A stretch of DNA of 64,000 nucleotides from a candidate division FCPU426 bacterium (lineage in GTDB: Bacteria > Oederibacteriota > PGYV01 > Palsa-1178). Within the stretch, counting starts at the first letter, position 1; each line of letters begins with the position of its first letter. This document shows positions 21,250-29,621 of the stretch, piece by piece. The stretch covers positions 1,056,001 to 1,120,000 of the forward strand of contig CAWIXE010000001.1 of the NCBI GenBank assembly GCA_963840035.1, given 5' to 3'. Position numbers and translations under genes: made by a program. The notes under the pieces are model-generated. The model was not told the DNA's origin and did not search any database. It saw nothing but the letters and a program-made list of their open reading frames with translations.

Positions 21250-21336
21250 TGGTGCGGATAGAGGGACTTGAACCCACACAGCCTTGCGGCCACTAGAACC
21301 TGAATCTAGCGCGTCTGCCAATTTCGCCATATCCGC
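21250..21336 (-). tRNA. tRNA-Leu(CAG)
   Basis: GCGGATATGGCGAAATTGGCAGACGCGCTAGATTCAGGTTCTAGTGGCCGCAAGGCTGTGTGGGTTCAAGTCCCTCTATCCGCACCA: cloverleaf, long variable arm, anticodon CAG, encoded CCA. Confidence 0.97.
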
Positions 21337-21345
21337 ACGGTCTAT

Positions 21346-21374
21346 ATAATATTAAATATAGGGCATAAATGCAA
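21346..21374 (-). promoter_or_regulatory. Putative sigma70 promoter for tRNA-Leu
   Basis: Minus strand TTGCAT-N17-TATTAT just upstream of the tRNA. Confidence 0.55.
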
Positions 21375-21381
21375 TAGTTAT

Positions 21382-21527
21382 TTAGCCAAAAGCAAAACAA
21401 TCAGCCAATAGCCAATATACTTATAGCCATTAGGTATTGTGTCGCTTTGCGACTTCTATTATATAATTGCCGGCGACTTATCCCGCCAACCTTATTTATT
21501 GGCTAATTGTATATTGGCTATTGGATA
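21382..21527. repeat. Heptamer (TAGCCAA)n/(TTGGCTA)n inverted repeat
   Basis: CAGCCAATAGCCAATATACTTATAGCCA ... TTGGCTAATTGTATATTGGCTATTGG; same family at 25425-25594. Confidence 0.75.
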
Positions 21528-21548
21528 AGATGTGATATAATAATTCCT

Positions 21549-22655
21549 ATGAAAACAGACGCATTTTACATGCAAAAGGCAATAGAGCTTGCGGCGCTTG
21601 GCGCCGGGCATACCACACCAAACCCCATGGTGGGGTGTGTTATTGTGAAAAACGGAAAAATAATATCGGAAGGCTGGCATAAAAAAGCAGGGTTGCCGCA
21701 TGCCGAGGCTGTTGCGCTTGAGAAGATAAAGGCGAAAGCCTACGGCGCCACACTTTACACAAACCTTGAGCCGTGCTGCCACAGGGACAAGCGCACCCCT
21801 CCGTGCACGGACGCCATCATAAAATATGGGATCAAGAAGGTCGTATCAGCCATGACAGACCCCAACCCGAAGGTAAAAGACGAAGGCTACCGAGTCCTGA
21901 GAAATGCCGGGGTAAAGGTTGTAACCGGGGTAATGGAAAAAGAGGCAAAATATTTAAACAGGTTCTTTATAAAAAACCAGAGGCAGAAGCTGCCTTACAT
22001 TATAATGAAAGCGGGCATGTCATTGGACGGGAAGATGGCGCTTGCAAACGGCGTGTCTCAGTGGATAACAGGGGAAGAATCAAGGGCTTATGACCAGATT
22101 TTGCGGAAGGCATGCGACGCGATAGCGGTCGGCATAGGCACGATCCTCAAGGATGATCCATACCTGGATTGCAGGATAGATAAAAGCAAATCTATAAAGA
22201 AGGTAATATTTGATACGCGCGGCAGGCTTCCTGTTAACGCCAATATTTTTAAGTATTCATCGCCATGCGATATTTTTGTGTTCTGCAAGTCCATGCCGGC
22301 CGCGAGAAAAAAGCTGTTTTTAAGCCGGGGGGTTAATGTTATAATCCAGAAAGGCAAAGGACTCATAAATATGAAGGCTGCCGCCGCGGAATTATACACA
22401 AAGGGCATATGCAGCCTGCTTGTCGAAGGCGGCGGGTCCATACACACGGCCTTCCTTAAGGAAAAGCTTTACGATGAAGCATGGCTTTATATCGCGCCGA
22501 TTATAATAGGCGCGGACGGATTAAGCGTCATAGGAAATACAGGACTTAAGAACCTGTCATCTGCCGTGCACCTGGAAAACACCGCTACTCTCAGGCTCGG
22601 GCAGGATGTGCTTGTAAAAGGAGATGTCTGTTATGTTCAGCGGAATCGTATATGA
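21549..22655 (+). CDS. ribD: Riboflavin biosynthesis deaminase/reductase RibD
   Basis: PNPMVGCVIV, HAE, LEPCCH..TPPC, SLDGK, VEGGG. Confidence 0.96.
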   Translation: MKTDAFYMQKAIELAALGAGHTTPNPMVGCVIVKNGKIISEGWHKKAGLPHAEAVALEKIKAKAYGATLYTNLEPCCHRDKRTPPCTDAIIKYGIKKVVSAMTDPNPKVKDEGYRVLRNAGVKVVTGVMEKEAKYLNRFFIKNQRQKLPYIIMKAGMSLDGKMALANGVSQWITGEESRAYDQILRKACDAIAVGIGTILKDDPYLDCRIDKSKSIKKVIFDTRGRLPVNANIFKYSSPCDIFVFCKSMPAARKKLFLSRGVNVIIQKGKGLINMKAAAAELYTKGICSLLVEGGGSIHTAFLKEKLYDEAWLYIAPIIIGADGLSVIGNTGLKNLSSAVHLENTATLRLGQDVLVKGDVCYVQRNRI

Positions 22656-23223
22656 CAAGGGCCGCATAAAGACCATAAGGCAGGGAGCGGGCGTGAAGGT
22701 GTTTTCCATAGCGCTTAATAAGACAATACTCCAGCCTGAAAAAGGCATGTCGATTGCCGTTAACGGCTCGTGCCTGACAGCCACATCTTTTAAGGGCGTC
22801 AGGGAATTTACCGCGGACGTGACCGAAGAGACCCTGAATAAGACAAACCTTAAAAGCTTAAAACCCGGAAGCGAAGTGAATATAGAGTTCCCGCTTACCG
22901 CTGATAAATTTTTAAGCGGACACATAGTGCAGGGCCACGTGGACTGCCCAGGCGGGGTAAAGAAACTGGCTAAGCAGGGGGATAAAGCAACACTTACTGT
23001 AATTTTTCCGGCTGAGAACGGTAAGTACATTATAGAAAAAGGTTCTGTGTCCGTGGACGGCACGAGCCTTACCGCTTATAATGTCACGAAAAATACATTT
23101 GATGTTGCGGTAATTCCCGAGACTTTAAAAAATACTGTGATGGGGAATTATAAAACCGGAACGGAAGTAAACCTTGAGTTTGATGTGATAGGGAAGTATG
23201 TGGAGAAATTTTTAAGAAAATGA
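22633..23223 (+). CDS. ribE: Riboflavin synthase alpha chain
   Basis: MFSGIV start, SIAVNGSCLT, SGHIVQGHVD, KGSVSVDGTSLT, VNLEFD. Confidence 0.95.
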   Translation: MFSGIVYDKGRIKTIRQGAGVKVFSIALNKTILQPEKGMSIAVNGSCLTATSFKGVREFTADVTEETLNKTNLKSLKPGSEVNIEFPLTADKFLSGHIVQGHVDCPGGVKKLAKQGDKATLTVIFPAENGKYIIEKGSVSVDGTSLTAYNVTKNTFDVAVIPETLKNTVMGNYKTGTEVNLEFDVIGKYVEKFLRK

Positions 23224-23277
23224 TGCTATAGAACAGGGCAAAGGCGAAGGACAGAACCTGGTTGTTCTTGTTTTTTT

Positions 23278-23303
23278 GTAGAGACGCAGCTTGCCTGCGT
23301 CTC
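23278..23303. repeat. GTAG-type REP
   Basis: GTAGAGACGCAGCTTGCCTGCGTCTC; related copies at 43592 and 50372. Confidence 0.7.
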
Positions 23304-23320
23304 AGACGCCGGGTATCACA

Positions 23321-23410
23321 ACTGTGATGGGTAATTACAAAACAGGAACCGAAGTTAATTTGGAATTTGATGTTATTGGGAAATACGTGGAGAAGTTTTT
23401 AAAAAAGTGA
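23321..23410 (+). pseudogene. Orphan duplicate of the last 29 codons plus stop of ribE
   Basis: Encodes TVMGNYKTGTEVNLEFDVIGKYVEKFLKK* versus ...FLRK* at 23134-23223. Confidence 0.9.
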
Positions 23411-23414
23411 AGTT

Positions 23415-23523
23415 GTAGTCGCAGGCCTGCGTTTCATCGGCCTGCGCCTATATGAGGATTTCAAACACGCAAACGGCAGATGCCAGCGCGCGCACCCCGA
23501 TGGAACGTAGAGGGTGCGACTAC
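23415..23523. repeat. GTAG-type REP doublet with expanded loops
   Basis: GTAGTCGCAGGC-CTGCGTTTCATCG-GCCTGCG ... CGCACCC-CGATGGAACGTAGA-GGGTGCGACTAC. Confidence 0.7.
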
Positions 23524-23540
23524 AAAAATACAGGAGAAAC

Positions 23541-24023
23541 ATGCGAGTACAACAGACCGGCGGTTTTGCCGACGACAAGGCCCGCCTTGAAAAAACCAAG
23601 AAAAAAGCTGAAAACAAGGGTGTTAAAGGCGTTTTTAAGGATGTTGTAAACGAGTCCAACTTCATGAAGGAACTTGACGGCGCCGCTGAAGAGCAGGTTA
23701 AGCAATCGCTTGACCAGCTCCTGGAAGACTTGTCAGAACAGGCAAAAGTGCTTGCAAACCACAGGACTTTTGAGGAGCTTGACAAATATAAAAAGCTTGT
23801 AAGGAACTTTATGGACACGGCAGTCAAGAAAATATACGCGGTAAAGATATCCGACTCATCAAAGCTCATGGTAAAAAGAAAAAAAGTATACGTGATAGTG
23901 GAGCAGGTGGACGCGGAGCTGGAAAAACTGACCGTAGCCATGCTGAGCAAACAGGCGGAATCACTGGACCTGCTGGCTACGCTGGATAGGATACGCGGCA
24001 TGCTGGTGGATATGTATTCGTGA
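23541..24023 (+). CDS. YaaR/DUF327 family protein
   Basis: L.KYKKLVRNF...VYVIVEQVDAELEKL...LDRIRGMLVDMY pattern; RBS AGGAG. Confidence 0.75.
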   Translation: MRVQQTGGFADDKARLEKTKKKAENKGVKGVFKDVVNESNFMKELDGAAEEQVKQSLDQLLEDLSEQAKVLANHRTFEELDKYKKLVRNFMDTAVKKIYAVKISDSSKLMVKRKKVYVIVEQVDAELEKLTVAMLSKQAESLDLLATLDRIRGMLVDMYS

Positions 24024-24046
24024 GCGGAGCTCACGAGAGGGATAGC

Positions 24047-24170
24047 GAGACAAGAGACCGGAGACAGGAAGAAAAGGATGGCGGGACAAAAGATCGGAGA
24101 CAGCAGTAAAACGAAAGAGTCGTTTTAAGCTCGGTTTATCGTTTTACTCCTGTCCCCGGTCTCTTGTCTC
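24047..24170. repeat. Heptamer (GGAGACA)-type inverted repeat
   Basis: GAGACAAGAGACCGGAGACAGGA ... TCCTGTCCCCGGTCTCTTGTCTC. Confidence 0.7.
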
Positions 24171-24204
24171 TTAAACTCAAACCAGACAACACACGAGGTG
24201 TTAC

Positions 24205-25419
24205 ATGAAAAAGATAAAATTGGCTTCTGTCGAGGATGGCATTAAAGAACTTAAAAAAGGCAGCATGATAATCGTTGTCGACGATGAGGACCGTGAAAAC
24301 GAAGGTGACATTATATGCCTTGCCGAGAAAATAACGCCCCATCAGATTACTTTCATGGCAAAGCAGGCTTCGGGGCTCATATGCCTGGCTATGGAAAGTT
24401 CCCAGATACAGAAACTTGAGCTTGACCAGATGGTCGCGCGTAACAAGGAATCCATGAGGACGGCTTTTACCGTGTCCATAGACGCAAGCGAAGGAATAAC
24501 AACGGGGATTTCAGCGGCTGACAGGGCGCTCACAATAAAAAAAGCAGCTTCAAAAAAATCATTGCCCGATGATTTTGTCAGGCCCGGACATATATTCCCC
24601 CTTGAGGCAAAACCCGGAGGCGTCCTGGAGCGTACCGGCCACACTGAAGCTGCTGTGGACCTGGCAAGGTTCGCGGGCGCTGACGTCAAAGCCGGCGTGA
24701 TATGCGAGATACTAAATGAGGACGGCACCATGGCCAGGATGGCGCAGCTTGAAGTCTTCGCCAAAAAGCATAAATTGAAAATAATAAGCGTGGAAGATAT
24801 TGTCCGCTACAGGCGTAAAAACGAAGTCCTTGTGGAAAGGCTTGTGGAGACGGCCCTTCCTACAATCTACGGTGATTTTAAGATAATGGTGTATACCGAC
24901 AAGCAGGGGCAGGACCTGCATGTGGCGCTTGTAAAAGGCGAGATAGGCCCGAAGGACGATGTGGTGGTCAGGGTGCATTCGGAGTGCTTAACAGGGGACA
25001 TTTTCGCGTCGTTAAAATGCGACTGCGGCGACCAGCTGCACGCCGCGCTCCACAGGATAAAGCATTCAAAAAAAGGTGTGCTGCTTTACATGAGGCAGGA
25101 AGGCCGCGGAATAGGGCTGGTAAATAAGATAAAGGCGTACAAGCTCCAGAACGAACAGGGGCTTGATACGGTCGAGGCAAATAAGGCGCTTGGCCTGCCG
25201 GCGGACATGAGGGACTACGGCATAGGCGCGCAGATACTTTATGACATCGGCGTAAGAAAAATGAAGGTAATGACAAATAACCCGAAAAAGATGGTGGGGC
25301 TGCGGGGCTACGGGCTTGAGATAACCGGCAGGGTGCCGGTGGAGATAAAGCCCAACAGGATAAATAAAAAATACCTGCGCACAAAGCGGGTAAAGATGGG
25401 GCATTTACTGCATGTATAA
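24205..25419 (+). CDS. ribBA: Bifunctional DHBP synthase / GTP cyclohydrolase II
   Basis: DDEDRENEGD, RPGHIFPL, GHTEAAVDL, RVHSECLTGD..CDCG, QEGRGIGL, TNNP. Confidence 0.97.
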   Translation: MKKIKLASVEDGIKELKKGSMIIVVDDEDRENEGDIICLAEKITPHQITFMAKQASGLICLAMESSQIQKLELDQMVARNKESMRTAFTVSIDASEGITTGISAADRALTIKKAASKKSLPDDFVRPGHIFPLEAKPGGVLERTGHTEAAVDLARFAGADVKAGVICEILNEDGTMARMAQLEVFAKKHKLKIISVEDIVRYRRKNEVLVERLVETALPTIYGDFKIMVYTDKQGQDLHVALVKGEIGPKDDVVVRVHSECLTGDIFASLKCDCGDQLHAALHRIKHSKKGVLLYMRQEGRGIGLVNKIKAYKLQNEQGLDTVEANKALGLPADMRDYGIGAQILYDIGVRKMKVMTNNPKKMVGLRGYGLEITGRVPVEIKPNRINKKYLRTKRVKMGHLLHV

Positions 25420-25424
25420 GGACT

Positions 25425-25594
25425 TTTAGCCATTAGCCAATAAACTTTAAGCCAATAGATAATGATGACGGGATGATCCAAGAAAAAATATGGATCATCC
25501 CGTTTTTTATTAGAAAAGCTGCAGCTTGTTTTACTGGATGGCATAAAAGTCGAAAATGACACATTATTCATTGGCTATAGTACATTGGCTATTG
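25425..25594. repeat. Heptamer TAGCCAA/TTGGCTA inverted repeat enclosing a terminator
   Basis: TTAGCCATTAGCCAAT...AGCCAATAG ... TTGGCTATAGTACATTGGCTATTGG. Confidence 0.7.
25468..25508 (+). terminator. Intrinsic terminator after ribBA
   Basis: ACGGGATGATCCA-loop-TGGATCATCCCGT followed by a T run. Confidence 0.8.
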
Positions 25595-25648
25595 GATAAA
25601 TCCGCAAAAAATACACTTGTACATACACCAAAATACCTGCCAAAAAAT

Positions 25649-25677
25649 TTGACAACACCTATACAATAAGCTATACT
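25649..25677 (+). promoter_or_regulatory. Putative sigma70 promoter for the kinase cluster
   Basis: TTGACA-N17-TATACT. Confidence 0.7.
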
Positions 25678-25768
25678 TATATTGTAGGAATATAGGGCTC
25701 CTCATTATTAATAAGAGACAACTGGATGAGGCTTAGCCTATTTATGTTTCAAAAAGGGGTAATGAAAA

Positions 25769-28700
25769 GTGTCGCCATTGACATGGATATTAAATCTTCC
25801 AAAGACAAAACTTTTCAAAAAATACCTCAGATCATACCTGCTTATATCACTAATCCCGATTTTGATAATTTCTTTCGTCAGCATACTGTTTATTTTGTAT
25901 GTGAATTTAACTAATGCTGATAAGACAGTGCGCTCAATGCTCGGCGAGCGGGTGGAGAGGATAAAGCTCTTTATTGATTCCAAAAAACACGACGCGAAGG
26001 TAGCCGCGGCAGACCCTAAAATGACAAGTTTTTTCAGCAACATGCAGGCAGTATACAAGTCAGGCATCAAATCCGAAGTTTACAGGGAAAAATATGATTC
26101 ATACAAAGAGGATATCAGGAATATAGTGGATGACAATGATTTTTATGACGGTATGCTGATAGACCCGAAAGGAAACATTATAGCCACAAGCAAACTTGAA
26201 AACGACCTGGGCAGGAATATCATGAAAGGGATTGATGGAAACCGGCAACTGGACGCGGCGTTTAGCGAGACACTTAAAACCGGAAGGACAGCGGCAGGCA
26301 GTTTTGATTATTACGCGCCGTCCGGCCTGTACGCCATGTTCATTACGTCACCCATCATGGAAAAAGGAAAAATAATCGCGGTACTGGCGTTTCAGCTGAA
26401 AAACGACGAGATTAACGCCCTGACACAAGACAACAAGGGTATAGGAAAAACCGGCGAAGTGGTGGTGGGGATTAAAAAAGGCAGCGACGTCCTATTCATC
26501 AACTCTTTAAGACGGGATACAAAGGCTGCTTTTGTAAGGACTGTTCAAATAGGGCAAGAACACGGGGGGCCGATACAGCAGGCGGTTGAGGGGAAAACAG
26601 GAAGCGGAATACTGCAGGATTATGACGGTACCACCGTGGTTTCAGCGTGGGATTATATACCTGAAGTGCAGTGGGGTGTGGTTATAAAGAGAGACCTGGG
26701 CGAGGTTGTAGAACCCGCAATAAGTCTCGGGTTATTATTTATTGTGTTTGGTTTCGCGGCATTTTTAGTCGCGCTTATGCTGGCAGTAAAGACATCTGAA
26801 GAAACTACAAAGCCCATTGTAAGCCTTGCCGAGGCGGCCAGGCGCGCGGCTGCAGGGGACCTCCAGGTAAAGGCAGAGGCTAATACAAAGGACGAGCTTG
26901 ATGATATGGCTGAAAGTTTTAATTCAATGGTGTCAATACTAAAAGAACAATTGAAGAAAATTGAAAACTATCTGGATGTGTCCGAAGCGCTCATAGCGGA
27001 ACTCGACAAAAAAGGGACAATTATAAACGTCAACAATATGTTCCTGAAGATCCTTGGATATACGAAAGACGAGCTCCTGGGCAGGAATTGGTTTGATGTG
27101 TTTGTTCACACAAGCCAGAAGGAATTCGTGCAGGCCCCATTTGAAAAAATGATGGCCGGAACCGGGGAGAACATAGAGTATTTTGAAAATGAGCTGCTTA
27201 CAAAAAGCGGGGAAGCAAGGACCATATACTGGCATAATACGGTTAACAGGGATGACGCCGGCAAAATAGTATCAACGTTAAGTTCCGGCATGGATATTAC
27301 AAGGGTGAAAAAAATTGAGCAGGGGCTGACCCGGGCGGAAGCCAGGTATAAGGCGGCGTTTGAGCAGGCGGCGGTGGGTGTTGTTGATGCCACAAGCAAG
27401 GGAGTGCTGCTCAACGTAAACAGCGAATTTTGCAGAATCACCGGTTATAACCCGGAGGAACTTGCCGGAAAATCTTTTGGGCTTATTACACACCCTGATG
27501 ATGTAAAAAAGGATGTTGAAATGATAGCGAAAGTTGAAGCCGGGGAAATACCATGCTATTCTTCCGAGAAAAGGTATATACGGAAGGACGGATCGGTCAT
27601 ATGGGCGCATGTAAATGTCTCGCCTGTGGTAATCAGCGGCAGGATATCGCATTTTTTTATTGTGGTGGAGGATATTTCACAGAGGAAAGCCGCGGAAGCG
27701 GCGCTTGAAGAATCAGAGGCGCGGTTTAAGTCTGTTTTTGAAAAGTCGGCCGCCGGCATGTCGCTGACTGCCGCTGACGGCAAACTGCTTAAGGTCAACG
27801 GCTCCCTGGCGCGTATGTTTGGCTATACCGTGGATGAAATGCATTTAAAGAATTTCAGCGACATAACCCACCCGGATGATGTCGCTGACTCGAAAAAGCA
27901 GATAAATTACCTGCTGTCCGGTGAAAAGAAGACCGTGCATTTTGAAAAGAGGTACATACATAAAAACGGAAGCATTGTCTGGACGGATTTAAGTTCAACC
28001 CTGTTTAAGGGGGCAAACGGCAAACCGCTGTACCTTATAACTTCCATTATCGACATTACTGAAAAGAAAAAAATGCAGGAGGAGGTAATTGAGAGCGAAA
28101 AAAAATTCAGGTCAGCTTTTGAGCAGTCGGCCGTGGGCATGGTTTACTGCACGCCGGAAGGCGTGTTCTCAAAAGTCAACGGAAGGTTCTGCGAGATGAC
28201 CGGGTATTCGCAGGATGAGATAACGAAACTGAACTTCCGCGACATAACCCACCCTGAAGACGTCGACATGGACGTGGGGTACGCTGAAAAACTCCTGTCA
28301 GGGGAAATGGATTCATACAGCCTGGAAAAGAGGTATATTAAAAAAACAGGCGAAGTTATCTGGATAAGGCTTTTTACCAACATGCTGAGGAATGACGACG
28401 GATCCCCTAAAAGTTTTGTGGGGGTTATTGAGGATGTTACGGAAAGGAAAAAAGCTCAGCAGGAATTATCCGCGGCTGTCGAGGAACTCAAGCGTTCTAA
28501 CTCTGACCTGGAGCAGTTCGCGTATATTTCATCCCACGACCTTCAGGAACCGCTGCGCTCGATTGCTGGATATCTTCAGCTCATAGACAGAAAGTACAGG
28601 GATAAGCTCGACGCGGAAGGCGGGAGCTATATAAACTCTACCATAGCCGCGGCCGAGCGCATGAAAACGCTCATTAACGACGTGCTTCAGTATTCTAAGA

Positions 28701-29173
28701 TCGAGAAAAAAGGGGAGCCTTTTGCCCCGGCAGACATGAACGAGGCTGTGGCGCAGGCCATGCTGAATTTGGAAGGCGCCATAGAACGGAATAAGGTAAA
28801 AGTTATATATTCAAAGCTTCCTGTGGCTTTTGTTGATTTCGGGCAGATGGTAAGGCTGTTCCAGAATTTTATTGGCAATTCCATAAAGTTCAGAAATCAG
28901 GGTGAAGACCCTGTCATAGAAATAACATGCCGTGAAAACGCGCGGGATTATATTTTTAAGGTAAAGGATAACGGTATCGGCATAGACCCGCAGTACAGCG
29001 AAAGGATATTTGCCATATTCCAGCGGCTTCACTCAAGGCGTGAATACCCCGGTACCGGCATCGGGCTGGCGGTCTGCAAAAAAATAGTGGAACGCCACGG
29101 AGGAAAGATATGGCTTGAATCAGAGCCGGGCAAAGGCGCTGAATTTTATTTTACAATACCAAGCAGGAGGTAA
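25769..29173 (+). CDS. Membrane sensor histidine kinase (Cache-like, HAMP, 4 PAS, HisKA, HATPase; Cph1-like H-box)
   Basis: Two TM segments, HAMP DELDDMAESFN, PAS repeats THPDD, H-box YISSHDLQEPLR, DNGIGI, GTGIGL. Confidence 0.92.
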   Translation: MSPLTWILNLPKTKLFKKYLRSYLLISLIPILIISFVSILFILYVNLTNADKTVRSMLGERVERIKLFIDSKKHDAKVAAADPKMTSFFSNMQAVYKSGIKSEVYREKYDSYKEDIRNIVDDNDFYDGMLIDPKGNIIATSKLENDLGRNIMKGIDGNRQLDAAFSETLKTGRTAAGSFDYYAPSGLYAMFITSPIMEKGKIIAVLAFQLKNDEINALTQDNKGIGKTGEVVVGIKKGSDVLFINSLRRDTKAAFVRTVQIGQEHGGPIQQAVEGKTGSGILQDYDGTTVVSAWDYIPEVQWGVVIKRDLGEVVEPAISLGLLFIVFGFAAFLVALMLAVKTSEETTKPIVSLAEAARRAAAGDLQVKAEANTKDELDDMAESFNSMVSILKEQLKKIENYLDVSEALIAELDKKGTIINVNNMFLKILGYTKDELLGRNWFDVFVHTSQKEFVQAPFEKMMAGTGENIEYFENELLTKSGEARTIYWHNTVNRDDAGKIVSTLSSGMDITRVKKIEQGLTRAEARYKAAFEQAAVGVVDATSKGVLLNVNSEFCRITGYNPEELAGKSFGLITHPDDVKKDVEMIAKVEAGEIPCYSSEKRYIRKDGSVIWAHVNVSPVVISGRISHFFIVVEDISQRKAAEAALEESEARFKSVFEKSAAGMSLTAADGKLLKVNGSLARMFGYTVDEMHLKNFSDITHPDDVADSKKQINYLLSGEKKTVHFEKRYIHKNGSIVWTDLSSTLFKGANGKPLYLITSIIDITEKKKMQEEVIESEKKFRSAFEQSAVGMVYCTPEGVFSKVNGRFCEMTGYSQDEITKLNFRDITHPEDVDMDVGYAEKLLSGEMDSYSLEKRYIKKTGEVIWIRLFTNMLRNDDGSPKSFVGVIEDVTERKKAQQELSAAVEELKRSNSDLEQFAYISSHDLQEPLRSIAGYLQLIDRKYRDKLDAEGGSYINSTIAAAERMKTLINDVLQYSKIEKKGEPFAPADMNEAVAQAMLNLEGAIERNKVKVIYSKLPVAFVDFGQMVRLFQNFIGNSIKFRNQGEDPVIEITCRENARDYIFKVKDNGIGIDPQYSERIFAIFQRLHSRREYPGTGIGLAVCKKIVERHGGKIWLESEPGKGAEFYFTIPSRR

Positions 29174-29177
29174 TCGC

Positions 29178-29621
29178 ATGGATAAAGAAATGCAGTCAGT
29201 CACTATACTACTTGTCGAGGACAACCCGGATGATGTCATTCTTACCAAGGAAGCGCTGAAGGAAGGGAAGATTAAGAACCACCTGTATGACGTCGGCGAT
29301 GGTGTCGAGGCCATGGATTTTTTAAGAAAAAAGGGGAAATATAAGGACTCGCCGCGGCCGGATATCGTGTTCCTTGACCTTAACCTGCCAAAAAAAGACG
29401 GCAGGCAGGTGCTTTCGGAAATAAAGGAAGACCCCGAGCTCAAAGGCATACCTGTTGTGATACTGACAACGTCCGAGGCAGAAGAGGACGTCATAAAGTC
29501 CTACAAACTTCACGCGAACTGTTATATCACAAAGCCCGTGAACCTTGACCGTTTTATCCATGTTGTAAAGCAGCTGGATGACTTCTGGTTTGACATCGTG
29601 AGACTTCCGAGAGGATGCTAA
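29178..29621 (+). CDS. Single-domain response regulator (Rcp1-like)
   Basis: LLVEDNPDD, LDLNLPKKDG, LTTS, ANCYITKP, FWF; RBS AGGAGG. Confidence 0.92.
   Translation: MDKEMQSVTILLVEDNPDDVILTKEALKEGKIKNHLYDVGDGVEAMDFLRKKGKYKDSPRPDIVFLDLNLPKKDGRQVLSEIKEDPELKGIPVVILTTSEAEEDVIKSYKLHANCYITKPVNLDRFIHVVKQLDDFWFDIVRLPRGC

Noticed and set aside
21250..21336. Genomic island integrated at tRNA-Leu
   Set aside because: No integrase and no second copy of the tRNA 3' end were seen
21340..21548. FMN riboswitch upstream of ribD
   Set aside because: No RFN consensus is visible; the region holds heptamer repeats and promoters
7639..23410. Diversity-generating retroelement TR/VR pairs (GH8 tails, ribE tail)
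   Set aside because: Differences are synonymous and not adenine-specific, and no reverse transcriptase is in the window
25726..25914. 62-aa ORF overlapping the kinase start
   Set aside because: It overlaps the kinase N-terminal TM region in another frame; the GTG at 25769 fits the RBS better
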